Shown here piece by piece: positions 9,756 through 23,200 of a stretch of DNA of 33,632 nt (the first letter of the stretch is position 1; each line of letters starts with the position of its first letter). Source of the stretch: Sphaeroforma arctica JP610 (Eukaryota); the NCBI RefSeq assembly GCF_001186125.1, contig NW_014040161.1, positions 1-33,632 of the forward strand, read 5' to 3'. The notes beneath the pieces are model-generated. The model did not search any database. It was given only the letters and a program-made list of their open reading frames with translations, and was not told the origin of the DNA. A program made the translations under genes and the position numbers.

Positions 9756-12700
9756 ATATTGGTTCGTGTCCGTGTTGCCCCAGCACCGTGAGACGTGAGT
9801 GATATTTATATTTATCTGCTCGCGAGTTGTAGTACTTCTCTACAGCTTGCGCGCATGTGATTCTCCTCATGACATTGTACATGTGCGAAAACAAATGACT
9901 TAAGTCTTTGGCGTTCTCCCAGAGTGGAGCAATCTGTATGTGCGAGATTTTATCGCCAGCTTTGGTCCTAGTCGTTGTAAAGAACCAAAACACTGTTGCA
10001 CTACTTTAAAGACCGCGAGCGAAATTATATTCAAGTAGGGTAGCTCGTGTTCAGTATACAAGGCAGTACACAACTATATCACAGGACTCAACTACGAAAT
10101 CAAAAATTATTACGGTATACAGCCACACGACTAGTTTCAACATCGTTTAATGGGTCGAACTTGTTGTATATGTATTGTGTATGCATAATATTGAATCAGT
10201 GGTTTGCATATTTAAAGTTTATATTTTCATTTGCTTTCATAGAGTGTGCTTTGACTGCACAACCTTGTCCTCCGAGTATTCTGCCATACTCTCATAAACT
10301 CACTCAAAATTGCTGCCACGTCCTGTAAGGTCAATTAACATTTCCGGGTGATCATATCTGGATTCTTGAGCTTCCATTCCGGATATTCAGCGACAGTTTC
10401 TGGCATTCGACTCGAAGAATTTCATGGCTGGCAGCAGGCACAAGTACTGCACACCGATAAATCCTACAACCAAGAACATCTTCGCGCCAGGGAGTGCGCA
10501 AATTATAATATTATATTTAAAGTGCCTGCTTGGCAGTTGTCAGATGAAGAACGTAGACCAAGTCAAGTAAACTTTGCACTATTATCCCTATCGCACTGTA
10601 CGCACTGTGTTCAGTTTTCCGCTCATGGCACACCCAGTGAGAGAGCAAGTTTAAAAACCAATAATAATGAAGTAGGGTGTTGAAGGAAACGTTTTTATCT
10701 TTCTTCTGTCAACTGATATTGGAGGTTTGTTACAGTGTACTAGTTAGCCATTTACAAGTGCGTTAAAACGACCTCTGGTAGCTATCGAGGGACATTGTAT
10801 TGTAGCTGGGTGGACAGCATATACGTGCTGTACAATACTGCACGGAGCTCCAGTTCGGAATCCATAAAAAAAAATCATACCAGAAATGCACACATTTTGC
10901 ACTTCAGCTTTATACCAAGCTAGATTTTCAATACAAAATACATACTGTACGTATTTTTAAAACTGAATATATCAAAATATCCAGCTCTCAAGAAAATAGA
11001 GTGTGTATTTTCCATCACCTGCTGGTTGCTCTATTGTGAAAAATATTACTGTCTTGTTCTCGAGAAAAAAATCGAGTTAAATTTTTTTAAATATAATTGA
11101 AGAAAGCTCGACACTAGTTTTGTTTTGGAGACAATTTCTCTTGCAATCCGCTCAAATTCATTACTATTGAAAACCCTCTGTGTTAACATGGTTGCATGAA
11201 TTGACTCAACAATTATATGCACTTAACATAATCGAAAATAAAAAGTGTCTGGCCTGGTGTGGAATTTGTTCTTTTGGGGCAATGTGCTTAAACTTGACCT
11301 TGGCGAGATTTTATTACTTCAACACGATGAGAACCACAGCATTTGCAGCGTGTATATTGTATTGAGAGGTTTACATACACCTACAGATTGTCAGCAATTC
11401 CATCACCTGCTAGTTTAATACTCTATTGACATCATTGTTACTGTATTTCTATCTTGTTCTTAAGAAAACTCGGTAATCGTTGATACAATTCCTTTTTTTA
11501 TTCTTTTTACTACCCACTCTGCTTCATTTACTATTTATTACCATGGCCGCGGCAATGCTGTGAATTATTTTTTACAATTTGACCATCAACCGAAAATGAA
11601 AATTGTTCGGTCTAGGTCCAGAGGCGAAATGTCTACAAATGACCAGTGGCGAGATTGGTACTCCGATACAATGATAACCACGGTATTCGCAACTTTTAGT
11701 GTTATCGCAACATTATTATTCAAGAGTCACTGTGTTTTTGGGCTGACTATATTTCATGACCTGATTTTCGTGTAGAAACGGTGAGTATTTTAATAGTAGA
11801 GCTGTCATTTTGCGCCATTCTACTGCACAAGTGACAATTCGGTTCAATCAACTATAACCTTATTATTTCCTGTGCAACCCTCAAGCAACTTTGCCAGTTG
11901 TCAAAGAGCTTTTCTGTACATTGCGGTATGAATATTGCAGACACACGATATGTGCTTCAATCGGGGGTTTGATATAAAAACCACCAATCAAAACTGAAAC
12001 TGCGACACCACTGTGGCAAACCTTGCAACGGCGCGTTCGAGTTTTGTATCATTTTCATAGATAGAGCCTTAAATCTTGGGGATGTGCTTTAACTAGATAC
12101 CTTTCGACCATTCGAATCAATTTTCTATTGTCATATAAATGTTTTATAAAATAAAATAAAAATGTTACCGACAGCAACATAATGGTGTTTGTTACTTTGG
12201 AAGTGAACTCTGGCAAGGTGGATACTTCATTGCTTAATATCGTGGATTAGCGTACATGAGATTGCAAAGGCGCAGTATATGTTCAAGGTATATTTTCGCA
12301 TTTCATGTAGAATAATGTTCAATCTTAAGCAAAAAATAGATACCTATTGGGATCTCACTTCATTGTAAACGGATAAGCGAACACTTAACAGGTGGCTTGG
12401 CATCTCTTTTCCAAGCCGTTCGACTCTTTTGGGACAACTACTAGTAGGGAGGAAGTAGGTCTCGTCATGAAACCTGTTGAAGTTCTGTTTGGAATGAAGA
12501 TTAAATATCCCAGTATCTGCTCTCGACATTTGGTGCGGGCTATGATATTTATCAAAGTTACTTTTGAAAGCCAAATTAATTAAATGATAGGGTTTTTATA
12601 ACGTTTAGCTTTAAAGCTGTGCTGCACAATATGTTATTGCGACTGTCGTTCTGTTTCCATGTCTTACAGATTTATTTGTGTACCATTTTCTGCTTTTAAA

Positions 12701-14078
12701 ACCAGCAGACAATATAAATATCACATTCCGGTCCACAGCTGGCCCATAGAAGGTCGCAATGTTGGAACAGACATAAACTGGCGATGTCGGTGTGCCTTGA
12801 GTTTGCACACATAATATACCTATGTAGTAAATTTGCATCGGGCCATGGACGACAGTTGTATTGATTTTTATTGTCTCTCTACGATTCTAGGTTACCCAAA
12901 TCACGAGTTTTTCCTCATGCTTGGTCATTCTATTGTTTCTAAAGTGAAAGAATCCACTGAGTGTACACCGATTGCACCTGAACCAATATGTGTTCATACG
13001 ATGTGCATTGTTGTGCCTTATAGTCCTTCGTGTCAATTCTGGTGCGAAAATAGCTCGGAGTGTTCATCCATGGCGCCATCATATAGTCCACAGCGCTTAG
13101 ACAGCATGCACTACGCCACTAGGATGTATCAGGCATGACACTGAGGTGTTCATTGTGTGCCACTATGGTGTTGGTGGGCTAGTTTCGCCCACCTACCTCC
13201 TAAGCGGACTTTGATCTAAATTATACATGATACTATTTTCTTGTTTTCTGAGTACTACGTAGTGTTCTAACTAATGATTAATATATTCCATTTCCATAAA
13301 GTGTGAATGATATGGGATGTACTGCGTGGAAGTCTCACGATGTCGGTTGCCTGCTTGTTTTTCCGTATCCGTGTTTGACTGAGGTGGTCAGCCATTCCGG
13401 TGTTAAAGTAGGGGGCCGGGGTTCACCTGCATCGAAATCAAAAGAGGCATATATAAAAAAGCCACGAAACGTTTACACGACTACACAAGCATATTCCTTC
13501 ACTCTCAAACCTGTCTGAGCGAGTGCTTCAATACGGGATGAATGGTCGTGTGTCAAGGGGTGCACTCGTGTACAAACATGTGCTCACACCTGAATAAACA
13601 TATGCATCCCCGAGCACAACGCTGTGAGCATTCTGTTCCGATTTGAACGATACTTCGGCAAACCTTATCACAGACGAACACGCACTACGTATCAAGCAAC
13701 CATCTAGATATTAAGTAATACTCAGCAAGGACTAGGTTTATTGAATCAGTTGATTACAGCCAAATCATAGCCACAACAACCCCTATAATGGGCATATATC
13801 GTTGAGCGAAAAACGGACATTCGGTCACGTGGGCGACTGATATCTGACATATCGCACTTTAACAAATAGCATTGCGCACAGCTGACGATGCCACACATAT
13901 CCATGAGACAGATAGCTACAGAGGAATCCAGTAATCAACAGTGATGTAATAACAGAACTGGAACACTCACATGCTATCAGAGATGACAAGTGCGAATAAC
14001 CTTGTGCACAAAGACTGAGACAGTGACATAAATCGTAGGTCGGAAAGACCCATTGATAAAAACAAATACCCTACAACC

Positions 14079-14210
14079 CTAAAACTGAGACACCGACTCA
14101 CCTGTAGGTAGGAGAGACCCATTGGTGCACCTGACACTGTCATAGATGTCCATTGTGCGCCCATGGGCGATGGCAACGTCATTGGACGGCGTCAAACAGT
14201 CCATGTCAAC
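14079..14210 (-). CDS. POLG: POLG probable last coding exon ([43 protein letters not shown])
   Basis: V.MDC.TPSN...I..G...DIY......GSL; TAG at 14081-14079. A consensus donor G|gtgagt at 14102 could instead lead to a further exon. Confidence 0.85.
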   Translation of the reverse strand, partial: VDMDCLTPSNDVAIAHGRTMDIYDSVRCTNGSLLPTGESVSQF

Positions 14211-17200
14211 CTGAGGAAAATAAACGTAACACACAACATAACAACGCAGCGTAATGATGAGTCGATTGGTGAACAGTCCATGTCAACCTGAGCAAGACAG
14301 ATGCAACACACAACACACAACAACACAGCGTAATGATGAGTCGATTGGTGAACAGAATAGTAACATGCGTGCCCTCGTATCTGACAGCTCAAACTGGGAA
14401 TCAGCCAATGAGAACACTTAAGGTAGAAAACGCGTTTGACAGGGATGTTATAGGCGTTTAAACCTCTTAACCCCTCTGAAGCTGGTCACTACTACACAAT
14501 TGTTGAATACTTATAAGTGACGCGCATTGGCACGGAACGGATTGACAAGCATGTGCTATTAAATGCCACAAGAACACAATCACTGCAAACCTCATACATC
14601 ACTCACTACAGCGTGGTATGGCATAAAACATGTCATCAGATGCGCTAGCGGAGGCAAGGCCAAACATCTACCGGCAGAGCCACTGGCTTGCTCAGACACA
14701 CTTCTTTTCTTAAGACAGAAACACCTCTTTTCTAAAGACAGACACACCTCTTTTCTAAAGACAGACACACCTCTTTTCTGAAGACAGACACACTTCTTTT
14801 CTTAAGACAGACACACTTCTTTCTTATTACAGACACACGTCTCAGACAGACACACATCTTTTCTTAAGACAGACACTCCTCTTTTCTCAAGACAGACACA
14901 CCTCCTCTCGTAGGACAGACACACATCTTTTCTTAAGACAGACACTCCTCTTTTCTCAAGACAGACACACCTCCTCTCGTAGGACAGACACACTTCTTTT
15001 TCTCGTAAGAAAGACACACTTCATTTCTTAAGACAGACACACCTCTTTCCTCAAGTCAGACACACCTCTTTTCTTAAGACAGAAACACCTCTTTTCCCAA
15101 GACAGACACACCTCTATTCTCAACAGACAAACTTCTTTTCTTAAGACAGACACACTTATTTTTCTCGTAAGACAGACACACTTCTTTTCTTAATACAGAC
15201 ACACCTCTTATCTTAAGACAGACACACCTCTTTTCTTAAGACAGAAACACCTCTTTTCCTAAGACAGACACACCTCTTTTGTTAAGACAGACACACTTTT
15301 TTATTAAGACAGACACACCTCATTTCTTAATACAGACAGACCTATTTTCTTAAGACAAACACACTTCTTTTCTCAAGACAGACACACCTCTTTTCTTAAG
15401 ACAGACACACCTCTTTTCTCAAGACTGACACACCTCTTTTTCTTAAGACAGAAACACCTCTTTTCCTAAGACAGACACACCTCTTTTGTTAAGACAGACA
15501 CACTTCATTTCTTAAGACACACTTCATTTCTTAAGACACACTTTTTTTATTAAGACAGACACACTTCATTTCTTAAGACAGACACACCTATTTTCTTAAG
15601 ACAGACACACTTCTTTTCTTAAGACAGACACACCTCTTTTCTCAAGACAGACACACCTCTTTTCTTAAGACAGACACACTTCTTTTTTTAAGATAGACAC
15701 ACCTCTGTTCTCAAGATAGACACACCTCTTTTCTCAAGACAGACACACCTCTTTTCTTAAGACACGGTCCAAGTCAACTGCCTCGAAGAACGCTACGCCC
15801 AGCGGCAAGTCATCGAATCCTAATCTCTTGGAGAACATGGCTCTGACCCATAAATTGGTTGTCTGTAAACAGGAAACAGGAAACAGAGACGATGAATAAA
15901 CAGAAAACAAAGACGATATAACGGTTGCGCGGTGGAAAACGAGAAAGAAAGAAAAAACGAAAGTTAAAAAAGGTGAGTGAAATTTGGCTGGCAGTGTTGA
16001 TATTGAGTGAATTTACTCCGAATGCACCATCAAGTGCACCCACATACAACAGTCAGCCTTACATGCTACAACAAACGAATCAGATACATTGCACGCTCCA
16101 TGAAAAGGTCCACAAAGCACTATAATAAAACCACAAAACATCATTGAGTTCCATTTAGCACAACAATTGAACCACAGACTCTCTTGGGATTCACAAGTGG
16201 TTTATGTGACAAGTCAATACGGCATCGTGATGCTGAGCATCCCTACAGTGGTATACAGCACTCGCACGTATCATGACAATAACCCTTGTAGGGGAGTGAA
16301 CAATAAGGTAGGATGCTGCGGTGCACTGACCTGTAACGCGAGGGCCATTCGATCGGAGTCCTCTTCTTTGCATATGTAGCGTACCTCGTCGTGTATTGAA
16401 ATGATGAACCTACACCACGGCGTGATGGGGACGTGATTGGTGCAATGCCATTCATATGAGCAGACAAGCAGCAGGGCAAGGGCAGGAGGCACGCCCACAC
16501 TCAGTAGGTGATACTTAGGCAATCCAGCCAACTAATGTCAACACCACATTTCCAGCACATCATGTGGAGGTTCTCTTGTCGTATGCTTCTCATTTGCACA
16601 TCCGACAAGCTCACTAGTATGCGAATACCGACAAGGCTGCGTGCATCTTGACCTTATGGTGAGACGAGATCAAACTTGTATATCATTATGAGTCAACCAT
16701 GTGATCTATCTGTTCCATTATGGTAGACAGCCAACGAACACCCAATTATGTGGATTACTTCATGGTAACCAGCAATAAACATACACCCCATGCACACCCA
16801 CCTGGCATCTATCTTATATGCATGGCACAGGTACTTCATGGTAACCAGCATGAGGTGTAGGTAGTCAACAGCTGACGACTGCACCACCCAATTCACGCGA
16901 CTGCGAAGATACTCTCGCCCCACTGAACTGGTCGACAGCACTTTGCTCATGTCCACTCCTGTGACACACACGCACATGGCGATAGAACAAGGTCAGAACA
17001 AACTCAAACAAACGCCAACGAACAGGACAAAAGGCATCACACACTCACCACACTCAATGACATGATAGAATGTATCACACACTCACCACACTCTAATAAC
17101 ATGATAAAATGTATCAAAACTCATCACACTCTAATAACTTTATACACTCACCACATTCCAATAACATGATATGTATCAATGCCGACATGCAGTCAACAAG

Positions 17201-20200
17201 CTTTGGAGGCGACGGAGAATACCACAACGAACGAATAGACCCGCAAGGCATCCTATATATACACATATAACCCAGTGCAGCGCATGAGCAACGATGAGTC
17301 ATGGAAGCCGTGCAGCGCAAGACTAACAACACGAGTGGCTGAGTGTCCTATGGTCTGATAGGTTGACTACGGCTCTATCCCACGCACACTGAACCGTTGA
17401 ATGTATAACGTGTGACACGACAGGATACGACTGGTAACACATGAAATGGTGATAAGCAGGAATCGCTTGTTCACCACATTCCTATGTTTAACCATGGCAA
17501 TATCAAGGCTAAACCATGACAATCTCATCAGAGACAATATCAAGGCTAAACCATGACAATCTCATCAGAGACAATACCAAGGCTAAACCATGACAATCTC
17601 ATCAGAGACAATCTCAAGGCTAAACCATGACAATCGCATCAGAAACAATATCAAGGCTAAACCATGATAATACCATCTGAGACAATATCAAGGCTAAACC
17701 ATGACAATCTCATCCGAGACAATATCAAGGCTAAACCATGACAATCTCATCAGAGACAATACCAAGGCTAAACCATGACAATCTCATCAGAGACAATATC
17801 AAGGCTAAACCATGACAATCTCATCCGAGACAATATCAAGGCTAAACCATGACAATCTCATCAGAGACAATACCAAGGCTAAACCATGACAATCTCATCA
17901 GAGACAATCTCAAGGCTAAACCATGTTTTCAATTTTATCAGAGACAATATCAAGGCTAAACCATGACAATCTCATCCGAGACAATATCAAGGCTGAACCA
18001 TTACAATCTCATCAGAGACAATATCAAGGCTAAATCATGACAATTTCATCAGAGACAATACCAAGGCTAAACCATGACAATCTCATCAGAGACAATATCA
18101 AGGCTAAACCATGACAATCGCATCAGAAACAATATCAAGGCTAAACCATGATAATACCATCTGAGACAATATCAAGGCTAAACCATGACAATCTCATCCG
18201 AGACAATATCAAGGCTGAACCATTACAATCTCATCAGAGACAATATCAAGGCTAAATCATTACAATCTCATCAGAGACAATATCAAGGCTAAATCATGAC
18301 AATTTCATCAGAGACAATACCAAGGCTAAACCATGACAATCTCATCAGAGACAATCTCAACGCTAAACCATGTTTTCAATTTTATCAGAGACAATATCAA
18401 GGCTAAACCATTATTTCAACCTCATCAGACAATATCAAGGCTAAAGCATGACAATCTCATCAGAGACAATTTCAAGGCTAAACCATGACAATCTCATCAG
18501 AGACAATATCAAGGGCCGTGGCATACAGATGGTTCAGGCTTGCTACGTAGAAGTATTTGTATATGGGTATGTTTGAAAGCCTCTCGGGAAACCCAAATAT
18601 GCAGATGGCCTGCATATATCCCATACTGAGGCGTTTCTTATTGAGATTTGTGTCATACTACACAAACTAAGTAGTTGGATGCGTGATTCGGGTTCAGTTG
18701 CTATTGTTTCGGGTACTAAGGGTTTAGGGTTTAGGGGTTTAGCGTATAATATAACTTACCTAGTACTGGTGTTTTGGGATTGTCTGCCTTTGCAATGCCT
18801 TCGAGAGCGTTGAACATGTGCGACTCAGTGCCAAATCGCCACTCAGCCGCCAGCGCTTCGTGCTCGAATTTCCGGAAACGTGTGAAATAGCTCTGTTTAT
18901 GAAATGGCAATGCACCACACATCAGTATGAGACTCGATTTCTGAAAACGTGTGAAACAATTCTGTTTACTGAATGGCAAAGACCGCACGTCAGTAGGAGA
19001 GGGATGGCCAGCCATAGTCTCAATGTAGTGGTACACAGCACACAAGATGCGCCACATGGTAGTACACACACAGTTGCCTGAGATAATGTGATAGATGCCT
19101 TATTAAGACAACATTGCCGAGTGCACTGACTGGTGCGTGTGACTGTGACTTGCACCTTACCTTTAGGGTGCTCAACGGTACCCAGTCGCCGTAAATTTCC
19201 AAATCCGGTCGTTGGAATTTGATCTTCCGTGCAATTTCAGGCGAGATCTTCAGTAAGCGAGTGCCCTATTGAATATGCAGAGACCACTTAGGTTAAACCC
19301 CTACAAACCCTAGATCATTAGACTCTTTGCAGTGGACAGAGCTATCGCAGATGGTGTCCTCATAACACATCATTTGTCAAAGGGACAACCTCATGTAATG
19401 CGATCGATTCATTGACAACTGTTGGGGCGGGTGTGTTAGCCGAGAGGGGAGTGGGCAATACTAAATGTGGTTGGGTGGGTGATGGCTTTGATATGGTTTT
19501 AGGGTTTTAGGGTTTCAGTTGACGGCGTTGGGTTGAATTGGTTTTATAAAACACAAAACTCAACACATGAGTAGCACGAAGTAGGCAAATGAGGTACGCA
19601 TTGGCAACGCTGTGGTTGATCAGGCCCAAGGAAGAATGGAGACAGGGCCTGCATGACATATAAGAGGTTAATTCTTAGTAGAAACTTCATAAAAGAGGTT
19701 GATTTTTAGTAAAACCTTCATATAAGAGGTTGATTCTTAGTAAAACCTTCATATAAGAGGTTGATTCTGAGTAAAATCTCCATATAAGAGGTTGATTCTT
19801 AGTAAAACCTTCATATAAGAGGTTGATTCTTAGCAAAACCTTCATATAAGAGGTTGACTCTTAGTAAAACCTTCGCAAACAAGATACTGGCACTGTGGTA
19901 AGGCACACACCTCAAACAATACAGAGAAACAGAACAAAGTACTTGCTGCCTTTGATCACACACCCAACACTGCGCCACTGCCTGCTTCACACTCTGGTGG
20001 GCGACACAGCCACACACCTTGGTGTTGAGGTATAGCGATTGAGCCTTTCGATCGGCTTCTTCGTCCGTCATAGTGCGGTTGTTCTGTAGCAGCAGTTGCT
20101 TTGCAAATTTCTGACCTGCGCCATAGATGCGGCCGTAGTTGAAAATCTGCGAAGGGCAAACGCAGCACACGATGAGTCAGTTATTACTGGAGTCAGAAGC

Positions 20201-23200
20201 GGATTTTAGGTCCTAGGGGTTTAGGGTTTAGGATTTATCAGACTTGTTAGTATACACATCAGACTTGATAGTCTAGAAGGAGAATGCAGGTATACCAATG
20301 GGGCGTACAACTCAGATCTCAAGGACATGGCTGGGCCATTAAGTGGCCAATGATGGACAAATTTGCCTTAGGCACAGCAGTGAACCCTTGGACATGATGT
20401 GCATCACAGGTGTCCTACGTAGCAAGTGGCTTATAGACGCATACTTGTGACCACATTGTAGCGTCATAGATCACCACAAAAATTAAGGTGCTATCATTCA
20501 GGTCAACGGTGAACTCAACCGACAACGAATGCGAATGCGTAGATAGTGATGTCAGTTGACAGTTGACAGATGGTGTTGGCAGTTGACTGTGCTAGGGTTT
20601 TAGCGTTAGGGTTGACAGTTGGCAGAATAGTGTTGACAGTTGACTGTGTGGTACCTTGGCTGTGTTGCGATCAATGCCCACCAGAGCGGCGGTGCGCGAA
20701 TGCACATCAGTCCCATCGGATTTCTGCCCTCGCAGTGCCATCCACCTGTTTAAGGGTTTTAAAGTTATAGGGTTTTAGGGTTTTAGGGTTGGCATCGAGG
20801 TGTGGGTTCAGGGCAAGGCGGGGTTATATGTTTGGAGGCATGGGACGATTCACAAACGAACACCGAGCAAGAGAATGACGATGACAAAGCAATTGCAAGA
20901 CATCTCACACGCATTGGCATACCCACACCATAGCGGTCTACGAAGGCTTACGAAATGAATTTCTCGAACAGAGATACCGTCGACGCCTAGCTGACTCAAT
21001 CGTAGAATCCAACCACCACGGCACAACACAGACCCACTGGAACGGCACAATACATGCGCATACGACTACCACAAACCAACAACAGAGAACAAAACATGCA
21101 CGAAACATCCAGTAAACCCGTTCACGATACATCCAGCATACCACGTTCACGATACATCCAATAGATTACATTCCCGAAGCATCTAATAGACCACACTCAC
21201 GAAACATCCAATAGACCACACTCACGAAATATTCAATAGACCACACTCACGAAACATCCAATAGACCACACTCACGAAACATCCAGCAGACGAAGCATCC
21301 ACCGCAATGCAAGTCAGTCAAAGGGCCGACTACGAACCAACACAAAACAACACTCAATCGCTTATGCACAGCGTAACAGTCCAACCACATCGAATCCACA
21401 GCGCAAGTGTCATCTATGCCACTCACCATTGACCCTCCCCTTACTCTAGACACACTCGTGACACATCGCTGACTCATGCATGGTCACCTGGCTTACCCCA
21501 TTGCGGTGCATCCGTGCAGGCCACAGAAATGAGCGTCGCCTATGACGGCTGCTATCCACAGCTCCTGCGAGTCCACATCTGCGCCCACCAGTTGGTAGCC
21601 CTCGGGCGCAATCACCTGCGCCTTCAGCTCAGACCCCACGCGGTCGTTCTTGGTGTTGCTGGCTGATGTGAGCATGTGCACATGAATGGGGTTTGGGGTT
21701 TAGGGTTTTTAGGGGTGTAAGGTTTTTTAAAGGTTTAGGGGTTTTAAGGGTTTGGGGTTTTGAAGGGTTTACGGATTTGCTGGTCAACCAGGAGTCAGGC
21801 GACAGGCCAATGGCAACAACAACTAATGCGCACACGTCGCCCAGAGGATGCACATCACGACACCAAGTGGTGCGTGGGAGGTGCACAAGAGAGGTAGGCG
21901 TATGGGAGTGTCAGTGAGCCAGTGAGCAATGCCCTTGCATGGTGAGTCATGCATGTATCTTGCATGTGTCTGTGCTGTGTGCTTACCTATGAGTCATACA
22001 TGTGTCATGCATGTGCCTGTGTTGTGTATTGACCTATGAGTCATGCATGTGTCTGTGTTGTGTGTTATGAGTCATGCACGTGCATGTGTTGTGTGTTTTG
22101 AGTCATGCACGTATCTGCGTTGTGTGTTATGAGTCATGCAAATGTCTTGCATGTGTCTGTGTTGTGTGTTATGAGTCATGCGTGTCTGTGTTGTGTGCTA
22201 TGAGTCATGCACGTGTCTGGGTTGTGTGTTATGAGTCATGCATATGTCATGCACGTATCTGCGTTGTGTGTTATGAGTCATGCAAATGTCATGCATGTGT
22301 CTGTGTTGTGTGCCATGAGTCATGCACGTGTCTGGGTTGTGTGTTATGAGTCATGCATATGTCATGGATGTGTCTGTGTTGTGTGTTATGAGTCATGCAT
22401 GTGCCTGTGCTTCGTGCGTACCTGTGAGCCAGGTAGCCTCTACTGCCCGGCGGGTGACTGTGCCTGCACTCAGCAGCATTGGGATGATCACATTGGTGCC
22501 AGTGGTGGGGTCTCGGTACACCATCTGCTTCTTCACGCGACTCTGCGCACTGATCCAGTAAGAACACTCCGTTGCCTACACAACACACACACACACACAG
22601 AAGGATGGATATCAAACAAAACTTCAATGCGTAGTCGTGGAGAAGGTTTATGAACTACAGCTATTCCACACTCGGCTTATGAACTACTATACACTCTTGC
22701 GACGACGAAGACTCTGTCCAAATTAGTGAGTCAGCAACCGAATCATACAAGGTCAATGAAGAAACAGGCACCAAGGCATGGCAGCAAACCCTAAAAACCC
22801 AAAGCATGGCAGCGTGCGGGCATGTGATGGTATGACTAAAAGTATACACAAACGACAGCGACTCACGACTAACACCCGTGCACCCACCAAACCCCAATGT
22901 GAATAAACTAGGTTTAAATACTCACACAACGAGGCAAAGCACACATGGCCGCTAAGGTATAAGACGATTTAAGGTTTATGGTTTAGCTGAAACCCTAATC
23001 GGCACAGTACATGAAGGACTCTTGAAGAGGAGATGCATGTTGGTCCTTGTATACATCACCTCATAGAATGGCATATGTGCAATGATTCACATCACAATAG
23101 AACTAAATATAAACCAATATAACATGGATGTTGTTGGTACTATGGATATGACTAAATACAAACACGCATTTATTTGTCAGCATACGTGCTATCGGGATAT

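Noticed and set aside
9699..9785. Conventional colinear tRNA-Leu using the downstream GGTTCGTGTCC as T loop
   Set aside because: T stem and acceptor stem do not pair, the variable arm is unstructured, and an internal T-run would terminate Pol III.
12344..13138. Cluster of 63-101 aa ORFs as a transposase remnant
   Set aside because: No DDE, RT or other motif recognised; cannot be supported without a database search.
17489..18514. 37-bp repeat array resembling CRISPR repeat length
   Set aside because: Units are head-to-tail with no unique spacers, there are no cas genes, and it lies inside a eukaryotic intron.
22074..22653. Cys/His-rich plus-strand ORFs
   Set aside because: Repeat-derived and antisense to a POLG exon; not a zinc-finger or metallothionein pattern.
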